Source of the DNA: Epithemia pelagica
Taxonomy: Eukaryota; Protista; Bacillariophyta
Assembly: GCA_946965045.2 (NCBI GenBank)
Contig: OX337229.1
Span: 2,666,001-2,730,000, forward strand
Direction: 5' to 3'
Length of the DNA: 64,000 nucleotides
The notes beneath the pieces were generated by a model. It saw nothing but the letters and a program-made list of their open reading frames with translations. It ran no database searches and had not been told where the DNA came from. Of this stretch, positions 53,078-62,800 are shown one piece after another. How positions within the stretch are numbered: the first letter of the stretch is position 1; every line of letters begins with the position of its first letter. The translations under genes were made by a program, and so were the position numbers.

Positions 53078-54578
53078 TCAGCCGTTCCTGGCTCTGGCTC
53101 TCTCATTTCGCCCGCCGAACTTGTTTCCGGCATCATCAGGCACTGGATCTTCTTGATCCTTGTTCGTTGCATCACTGGCTGCAGGGATCAAATTCGTAGT
53201 GATCTCTGCAACTTGCCGTTTGACCTCAGATAGGAGAGTATCAGCAATGGAGGATACCTCCGATGCTTTGCGTTTGTTTCCAGATTTCTGCTTTTTCTTG
53301 CGTTCATCGATAACCTTTTGTTTGTCATCGTCGGGGAGATCCTTCCAATTCTTGTAGAATCCCGTGAAGATCGAGCCATCAGGCATGGTAACGCCGCTCT
53401 TTGGTGCCTTTGCACCACGTTGGGGAGTGTTGAACTTGTTGTTGTTGTTTCCTCCGCCACGAATACGTTGGGCCGAAGATACCTTGCGTGTCAGTTGATA
53501 CTCCGGCATTTCGCTCACAGCTGCAGCAATATGATTAGCCGCCTGTGTGTATGTCAGTCCGTCCATGTCGAACCGGACTTTGAGTGCTTTGACGGTGTCT
53601 TGTAGCTGCGGGTGCTGGACCCTTTTAAACAGCTCTCGAATTTTTGCCGCGTCCGTATACGCTTCCCCCTCGTCTGCATAGACGTTGAACATCTTTTGCA
53701 GACGATCCAGGAACGTGGTGAAGGGAAGAGAGCGTTCCGATTTGTAATGAGGACTTTCGCGCATGCGATCGGCCGTTGCAATACGGCGACTGGCATTACC
53801 TTCTCCAGCGTAGTGATTCCGAAGAGCGGCCATGTCACGTCGACCATCGGCATGGCGAGTCAGATGTTTGATCCATTGTTCAGCGGTTTCCGAGACTAGG
53901 AAATTCTTGAGAAGTTGATGGACTTTTCGTGCGTCAGTGCAAAAATGCGTGCCTTGTAGAGGAGCACAAGCAACCATTGTTGCATTGAAGTCGTCTCCAA
54001 AAGTGCTGTTGTGGTCGGGCTGTTCATTCTCGCGGACAACGTAAGACAGCGGAACGCCGTTAACACCGGGTATGGTGCTTAGATAGTTGACAAACGCGGG
54101 CTCCCAATCGGGCCACTTCCGTTCGTCCTTGAATTTTCCCGGATCGGCAGCCTTGCTAACCGTATCCGCCTGGTCGGCTTCGACCTTGCGAGTCTCGGAG
54201 CGTTCGATTGATTTCGTTAGAACCTCCTTGAACTCATCTTCATCGTTGAGGTTGGTAATATCAGGTCGTGCGGAGCAACGAAAGAAGTCCTGAACCCAAT
54301 GCATGATGCCAAGCATCCATTTGATACGGCGCATGCCGGCGCATGCCGAAAATGATGCGTCCATTAGCGTCGGTGCGCTTCTCAAAGCTTTCAGCCATGT
54401 TGCGAATGTCTGTTTCGGTAACCCCGGCGAAGTCGCTCAGGGATTGAAAACCACCTTCGTTCCGAATACGAGTCTGGTGTTGGGCATCTGTAAAACCAAT
54501 CCAAGTGAGAGCCTGGTTCAGGTCTGCCAATTCTTGTGCCGCCGCTGCTGCGGCTGCCGCTGCTGCTGCTGCTGCCAT
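53078..54578 (-). pseudogene. E2 gag, frameshifted by a 10-bp tandem duplication at 54327-54346
   Basis: The N-terminal ORF (54261-54578; poly-Ala, ALTWIGF, GRIIFGMRR) rejoins ORF 53078-54385 (IKWMLGIMHWVQDF...) when one CGGCGCATGC copy is removed. Confidence 0.88.
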
Positions 54579-54809
54579 GTTTCAATATATATCTGTCTGA
54601 CTGTTGGTAAGGTAAAAGCAATTGTATAACAATTAGTATCAGTCGTCGCGAGACAACAACATGCAGAAGTGATCAATCTCCGCTGATAATGCCAGGGTGA
54701 GCAAAAGCTCAAGTCCCTCCTTACACAATCTCGACATGCGTCTCGCACGCACGTATGGTCCGAGATTGCGGCGCTCAGTTGCATCCTGTTCGCACTGGGT
54801 CTGATAAAC

Positions 54810-54998
54810 CGAAAGAAATCGCTCATAACATGGCGGTGTACTCACTAGCTTAGGGGTAACTCAGGATTTCATGCAAAAGAGTGACCATACCGGCCAAGGA
54901 CTAAGGGATAAGCATTATCGCTAGATTCGAGGTGTATCGCCAGTGCGCGTCGGCCTCGCTAGGCGGAACGCGTGCCATCTCGTGACAGGAATCTTTCG
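54810..54998 (-). repeat. 5' LTR of E2 (189 bp, CGAAAGA...TCTTTCG)
   Basis: 7-bp perfect terminal inverted repeat; matches the split 3' LTR. Confidence 0.95.
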
Positions 54999-55338
54999 GG
55001 AGGGCTGTTCCCCCGCGTCGAAACGGTCGGTTGAGTATGTCCTGCGGGACTGCCACGGCAGCTGAAATAGACTATCAGACTTTAAAAATGAGACCTCTTT
55101 CTCGTTATTGTCAGATTCTTCGAATACGAGTAATAACCAGAGGTAGGGGTACTTCTCTTTAGATGGACATTTTCTATAAGATATTCATACAAACTATAGT
55201 TCCCACAAGGGCCATCATAGAATCATCAGAGTCAAATAGCAAGTCGTGGGCCCCTCTGGTGGTGAACGCATGACGTACTCTTGGAACAGTTGTCACATCG
55301 AGTGCACAAGTTGATACCTTCCAACGACAACTGATCGT

Positions 55339-55974
55339 TTAGTCATGGTACTTGTCCTTCTTTCCTTTTCCCGTTCTGCTCTTTTTCTTTTTATACTTTT
55401 CTTTCTTGCCCTTGGAGCTCTTCGACGACTTACTCTTGCTGTCGTATTTACCGCATTTGAATTGAGCGGGGCAGGTTCGGATGGTGATCAACTCCTGGCA
55501 TCCATCTTCTTCCAGCTCCTTGCACACTTTCCAGTTTTCTTTGTCCACACACTCCCCGTCCATGCTAGGGCAAAATGGTGGAGAGTCTTTGTCACCACAG
55601 CGAAACTGCAACGGGCAAGATTCCAACACGAGCAAGTCTCGGCACCCACTTTCTTCAATGTCGTTTTATTCGCGCCAATTTTGGTCGTTCATACATCCAT
55701 CGTTGCGATCAGGGCATCGCAAAGAAGATCCATCGTCCTTGTCACCACAACGAAACTGCAACGGGCAGGATTCCAATACCAGCAAGTCTTGGCATCCACT
55801 TTCTTCAATCTCTTTGCATTCGTGCCAATTTTCGTCGTTCATGCATCCAGCGTTGCGATCAGGACATTGCGAAGATCCTGTTGCTGAGACGAAAAAGCGA
55901 AGATCCAGCAGTGATGGAATTATCGTACAAGTGGCCACCAACAGAACCAAATACTTGGCCACACTTGAAACCAT
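55339..55974 (-). CDS. Secreted protein with three Cys-rich repeats and a Lys-rich tail, interrupted by an in-frame TAA at 55666-55668
   Basis: Signal peptide MVSSVAKYLVLLVATC; repeats CP....GC.N..NW..C.E.E..GC..L....SCP.QF.CG; tail KSKSSKSSKGKK. ORFs 55666-55974 and 55339-55635 are in frame. Confidence 0.75.
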
Positions 55975-56615
55975 GTCGCTTGTTTCAGGATTGAGAACTT
56001 CTCTTTTCTTTGTTTAAGTGTCGTGGGTTGTGGAGCCTGGAGAGATGGGGGTGATGGGCGATGTACCGGTGTAAGGTAGTCGACTTGCCCAGACTTCATT
56101 CTTCTACGACCTATCACCTATCACAGATCACTGTAGACAGACATCTTGATTCAGGATTCAGGATACTGATTCCACTCCCACCTCCCACACGCAGGACATG
56201 CCGCGCCAAAATTTTCGAAAGCACAATGTCCGTTGAAGCGCCCGCATGGTCAAAAGAAGATTGCCCTGCCATCGAGCATGAGAGGACGGAGCATGGCGAT
56301 TCGACGTTGGTTCGATTTTTTATTCCTTGCCACAAGAGCAAACACCGAGCAAAGAGCAAAATGACACAAATGTGGCTGCTTGAAGGCAATTCATGCCAAT
56401 GTCGTCTGCTTATGGGCATAGTAAATTCGTGTCGGAATGAAAAGTAATTCAATCAAATACGGTTATAAGTCATTGGTTAAGCTACATCCAGAGGACTATA
56501 CAGCAGCTTCCATTTTCTTGGCCAATCACCACATCGCAAACATTTTGCAAAGATTGGAGCCCACAGTTCATCAAACTAAACGAAATGCACTGGTTAAAAA
56601 ATGCCTTGAAGGAAT

Positions 56616-58604
56616 TTAGTGGCAATGGTCACCAAAAGCACCATTCTCCCAAGGACCAGTGATGACAAAGGTAACTCCAGGGGACTGCACGTTGGCAAAG
56701 AGATAGTCACCATAGAAGGTGGCTCCAGCCCATTCTCGTCTGTAGAAGTTCACGGCCAAGCCAGGATGGCCTTCAACAACGACGGAGTCCCAGAAGTTAT
56801 CTTCGGTACCAGGGTAGTAGTGATCGATGGTCTCTGTTAAAATTCATCGGAACTGTTAGATTGAGGTTCACCAAAGTACAATTACATCCAATCGGAGACT
56901 TACTCAAATCGTCCTCGTTCAACCTGATAATGTTCTTCGCGAAATTAAAAGTCTCTCCGTCCAATGTCAATCCAACCATGCGCTTAGGGATACTGCTTCC
57001 ATCTTCACACTGTCATGGAACAATAGAAGGCAAAAGTTAGTTGGATTCGAAGAAGCAACATTTTCGACCTCTATAGTCTCGACCACATCCAAACTTACGA
57101 GAATGGTGTTTCCGTTGGCTGCAATAGCAATGTTGTCCGGACGATCAACAATTTCATTATCACGGACTTCATACATCATGGTGAGGATATCAGTTTTGGG
57201 GTCAAAAGTCCAGACCTGTCCTCTGCCAATGTCTCCACCGCTGGTTGCCACGAAGTAGAAGAGGTCTTCCTTGTCACTCCACCAAGCTCCCTCACCACGA
57301 GCGAAAGAGGCGGAACATTCAGCGCTCTTCTTCACTGTGTTGCGCTCTTCGGCGCCTTGAGCTTCAGGGTTGAGGACAGGGACCCAGTACGTATGGAATT
57401 GAGTACCGTCTTCAAAAGTCTTGGTCATGTCCTTGCCGCATTCTCCTTGGACAGCAATGGCATAAAGATCTCCACCGTCCTCAAGGAAGAATTGTTCAGG
57501 GCCGCTAGGTGGTTCCCAGTGTTCTCCTGCACCCGGCATCACGTACTTGTAAATTCCAGATTCTCCGGTGTCCTCGGTTTCGTACATAACTGTTGGTTTT
57601 AGTTGTAGAGAAGGAAAATGTTAGGAGAAAGAACAGAGATAGTGACCACGCAATGGGAAATACATGCATCACTCAAGTGATGAATATATGTTTAGATACT
57701 TACTTCCAGTGCTTGGATCAAAGGCGACAGCTTCGTGGTTGAAACGACCGGCGGAACGAACGGGTTTGGCATTACTCAATCCAAATGCAGGGACATCAAA
57801 GACAAAACCTGACGCGGAACCAAAAAAGTCAGTTTTAGCTCTGTATAACGACGAAGCTCCGACAAAAAGATCGCAGTCTTACCGTGTTCGAGACCGTCCT
57901 TAGCAACTTGGAAGGTTTCTTCACAACTGATCCAAGAATCCCAAGGCGTGCTGCCTCCAGCGCAGTTACGAATGGTTCCGGCAAGACTGCCGTAAGATTC
58001 GACCCATTCTCCAGTCGCAACATTGAAGTAAATGTTGGTGTTTCCTCCATGCTCACTGGGAGCGTAGGTGGCAGATGCGGGAAGGTCGAGGAGAGGTCCT
58101 TCATCAATGCTACTTTCGTGGTTGCGCACCAACGAAACGATATCACCGCGGACACCAGAGACGGCCATACTGAAACAATAGTAGTGACAAGGTCCGGAGG
58201 ATGTTAGTCGCCGCCGACAACATGACAACAACATGCGTCAATCATCACTTACCCATCGTGGTCGGTAGGCGTGGGGTTTCCATCTTCCATGATCTGAGTC
58301 GAAAAATGTTGTGTAAGAACAGGCCCATAAAAATCACACCAATTTGCACGACGCCCAACGTCGCCGCAATCCATGTCTAACGACGTACCTGTCCAGTCCA
58401 TCCGTAAGAACTGTAAGTGAAGCCCTCGGGCAATTCCAACAAATAGAGTCCAGTGACGGAATCCTTGGTGGGGTAAAGAGGTCCGTATCCCCCGCAGGAT
58501 CCTTCGTCGCTCTTCTTGCCACCACCCTTTCCTTTAGAGGGCATACCCTTGCCCTTGGCAGAATTCTCACCAACAACTAGGTTGTGGTGGAATCTACAAC
58601 TCAT
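56616..58604 (-). CDS. phoX: PhoX-family (DUF839) alkaline phosphatase, multi-exon; exon boundaries approximate
   Basis: LLELPEGFTY, RNHE, GTIRNCAGGSTPWDSWISCEE, FARGEG, DRPDNI, CEDG, REWAGATF, LFANVQSPG.T..ITGPW; GTACGT and GTAAGT donors between the pieces. True start codon not resolved. Confidence 0.88.
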
Positions 58605-58947
58605 CGACTGATGCTAGTATTTTATGGCATCCGATGACATTTTCGTAAAAGTGAGAAAAGAATGACGGCATGCTCGCAGACCTTTTAATTTCGGCCAAGG
58701 CATGCTCGCAATGCACGCGTTATGAGCGACCGATCGGATATTAATTACGGCCCAACACGTGCGCGCCCATTATTCTCAAGCGCGCGCAATCAGTATCCGA
58801 GTACGCACCTCCACGACTTAGCCCAACGGCCTAAGTAACCGAAGCACGAATCACGATCACGCGAGACCATATCTCTATTCCCACAAATCAAAGAATGCAA
58901 ACAGCAACGCGCCAAGGAAACTACCTATATCATGACAAAGCAAGAGC

Positions 58948-59327
58948 TGTTGGCATTGGTATATGATATACAAGTGCATATACTTCCAATACACAATATC
59001 CATGTCTACTCCAACCATACCAGTCCTGTCAGCGCCATGAATATATCAGTCATGCACCCTGACCAGACCTGCACACCCACACACACACCGTAGTCCTAAA
59101 GCTCACAATCATTAACATTACCATATCATCACGTCTTCAGTGTCCTGACTATCCCTACGATAGAACCCTTGGGTTTCCTTTGTTCTCTGACCCGTGGAGA
59201 ACTTTGGTATCAGTTGGTAATCGATTGTGGCTCTTCTAGAGCGTGTACTGATGAATCTCTACTAGATTAACAGTCTCACTGCTTATTTCCCTGCAGTTGC
59301 AATTGAAACCTTACTTACCCATCAACA
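58948..59327 (+). repeat. Putative 5' LTR of E3
   Basis: TGTTG...CAACA inverted termini 380 bp apart; the second copy is not in the window, so this is unconfirmed. Confidence 0.5.
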
Positions 59328-59658
59328 CCCGTTACAGATTGAGCTACCACAACAAACAAGAGTTAGAGGACAAAGCTACTCAACCCATCAACAGGGCCAG
59401 CCTGGCTAAGGCTAGGGTCACCAACCCTCTCCTATTCCAGGACCTCAAGCTGCACCAGGACTCCGTACAACTACCTTCCCAATACTCATCCAACCAGTGA
59501 ACCACTTTTGTTGAGGACTACTACGAGTACGACGAAGAAGCCGCCTTCTGTTACTGAATCTCCGGATCAACTCGATCACCGCAACGAGTCTGGAAGTGAC
59601 CAAGAATAAGTAACTTTAAGTAGTTTTCACACCAAACCGGAGACAAAACCAAGTTCTG

Positions 59659-59762
59659 CACATCCGGGTTACCTTTTGGACATCACAACACACATCCGGG
59701 TACTTCATACGTGGCACACACGTGGCACATCCGGGTTCACAAGGCACAGCACACATCCGGGT
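59659..59762 (+). repeat. Four copies of CACATCCGGGT in the E3 leader
   Basis: Copies start at about 59659, 59691, 59726 and 59752. Confidence 0.85.
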
Positions 59763-59839
59763 TACAAAACATAACTAAAGTTTCGACTAAGACATCACAG
59801 GACACATATCAACATATCTTATCACCAAGTCAAGCAATC

Positions 59840-62800
59840 ATGGAACCAACTACACCGACCACACCAGAGTTCAACCCCAATCAAAGTATATCTGATCAAG
59901 AAGTCTTTGATCATATTACTCAGGTGTTGTTCAACTTTTCCAAGGAAAGGGTCGATGTACTCGTGAAATGGATGCACCATCATGCTTTTGATGATATCCT
60001 TAGTATCATTGAACATATGGCGATTGACCCTGAGAAGAACATGGATAGTATGACAAAATACAAGTCAGGAAAACAAATGCACGACCTACATGTCAATACA
60101 AGCCAGCAGATCAAGTTGCTTGCCCATTGGTTCCGACAAACGAGTATCGACATTCAGGGTATACCTTCCAAGGCAACCTGGATGAATCTGACCAAGGCAG
60201 AATTTGATCTATGGAGGATAAACACTGACTTTCGCTCTGGAAGTCCTATCACTGACCCAGTATCACCTATGAAATCTCCATCCCATTCGACGTCACCCAA
60301 ATCGTTTAGTACTACTTCTGCTGCATCACAGTCCCAACTGGACCTAACCGCATTCAAGAAGGGAACCAAGCGTGACGCTATGGCATATGAAACATTCAAG
60401 GATGAACGATACTACGACACGTTCTGGAGGACTTTCAAGACCACAGCAAAAGCCCAAGGTTTATCTAATGTTCTTGACTTCCGATACAAGCCGCCGACGA
60501 ATGATACGTATGCAACAGAACTTTTCCAAGAGCAACAAATCTTCCTATACTCCGTCCTTGTGCGCATCATCCAGACTGATCAAGGAAGAGCTTATGTTCG
60601 CGAACATGAACATGATGAAGACGCACGAGCAGTGTTACAGAAGCTTCACACATTGCATACGAAGTCAGACTTAGCAAAACGAGAGGTCCTACGATTAACC
60701 AATTACATCTCCAACCTTCGCCTCGATGATACATGGCGTGGATCATCACGTCAATTCTTGCTTCATTTCCAAGACAAACTACGTTTACTCGATAACCTTG
60801 TTGATCTCTCTGATCGCATACCTGATCACACCAGGATGACGTTTCTTATGCAAGCTGTCGAGAAGGTACCTGACCTTCGCAGAGTTAAAATCTTGGACAA
60901 CGTCGTCAACACGAAGTCTGGAGCAAAGTCTTTATGTTATCAGTCGTACTTCTCCATTTTGATGGACGCAGCATATGACCATGATCAAGTCACGCAATCT
61001 TCTGCAACTGGTCGTCGTCGTAGTGTCAAGCAACACGAGCAACACGAAACACAACATGATATTGAGGGATCCCTTCAGGAAGACAATGCATATCAGATAA
61101 ACAATACCAACGTCCAAGATGACAACACGGCATCTCCAAAAGCCAGTCTTCCTCGTGACCTATGGTTTAAACTTCCTGAGGATGCTCGCAAGGTGATTGT
61201 TGAGTATAACAAGAACGTGCAAGCTCCTACTCCAAGTCCAAGAAACGTACAGCAACACTCCCTTGACATTGATCCTGAACCTGATCCTGACCCTGGTCAA
61301 GATGTTTTTGACGACCTGGACAACCTCACATATCCGCAGGATGATTCCGATCCAGCCACCCATCTCATCCATCAAGCAATGACGTCAACCGACCTCAATC
61401 ATCCAGCTTCTGATTTGTCTAATGTTCTATCCAATGCCGCATCCAAGACGAGTAAGAAAGTTAGTTTCAAACAGAAAGAGCACAAGCAGAAGATCCACAT
61501 GGCTCAGTACATGTTCTCTCGAAAGTCAACCTATACTGGGAATCAACTCATCGATCGCGGTGCCGATGGTGGTTTAGCCGGAGCTGATATGCGTATCCTT
61601 TCCAAGACAGGTCGTAACATCACGACTGTGGGAATCGACAACCATGAGCTTACTGGTCTCCCTATTGTCACTTGTGCTGCCAAATTTGAAACTAATGACG
61701 GGCCAATTGTCGGCATCTTCAACGAATATGCATACTATGGAACAGGACAGTCTATACATGCGCCTTGCCAATTAGAACATTATGGACTATCTGTGGATGA
61801 ACGTTCTGTCAAGGTGGATGGGAAGCAACGCATCGCTACTCTTGATGGACGTGCTTTACCTCTCTGTATCAAGGATGGTCTTGCCTATATTCAGTATTTG
61901 GGTGTTCCTTCTGATGACGACATGGACAGATCTGCTAAAGTTGATGGCAAACAATGCATCACTATACTTGGTGGACGTGCTATCCCTCTTCACAGCAAAA
62001 ATGGATTATCATACATCCACTCCCTTGGTATCCCCAGTGATGATGACATGGACACATTACCCCAAATCATCTTCACGTCACCTGACATCTGGGATCCTGG
62101 TGTTTTAGATCATTTGCATCCTGCCTCATCACCTGACAGTGCTTCTAACTGGCAACAAGTCAACACTGATGGTAGTATGACGCATCACCCATATGACAAT
62201 GACAATTATGGGGAGTACACTGATCGTGATGTCTGTAACCTCACTCACCTTTTGGATTTACCTTACGATCATGGACCTGATACACCTTCCTTCTCCTTAC
62301 CCCTTATTGGAGACTCTTGTTCCAAACTGTACCATCAAGATCACAACATGAGGACTGAGAAGCGTTATCCTACCGTTAAGAAGATGCCTTACGTCATCAT
62401 AAACGTTTCTGGTCATCTTCCTCTTCAGATCCTCAATGGTCGCCCTCCCAATTTTTCCCAACCCCTTTTCTTCCTTCTCTGCGACAAGGTCTTCTTCTGT
62501 ACCGAATCTTATGCACCCTATCTTTGTCCGGATGCCTCTTCAGGGGAGGAGTCACTTCCAAATAAACCCAATGACAAGCAAGCTGACACCGTTTTCATTT
62601 GTAGCAAAGGTGAAGATCCATCCGCACAAATGCCTACGATCAAGAACTGCGACAAAATTTTTGGACAAGCGTTTCCTTACAAACCAGCAGAGGGAAATGG
62701 GGAGCAACAAGAAGCATGTATAATCCAACACGTCAATTTAGAACAAGACGCTTTCAAGCAAGAAGCATGTATCAAGAAGTACATTTTCTGCAAACACAAT

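Larger units (their letters stand above)
46092..54998 (-). mobile_element. Ty1/copia (CoDi-like) LTR retrotransposon E2 with nested insertions in its 3' LTR
   Basis: LTR 54810-54998 equals 46092-46198 plus 48780-48861. GGAG at 46088-46091 and 54999-55002 forms the TSD. Internal order is gag, PR (ELDTHADT), IN, RT (YVDDLL), RNase H. Confidence 0.96.

Noticed and set aside
59205-59213. TGGTATCAG as the E3 primer-binding site
   Set aside because: Only 9 nt match the plant-type tRNA-Met PBS and it is not preceded by CA. A CAACA end matching TGTTG lies at 59323-59327. Unresolved without the second LTR.
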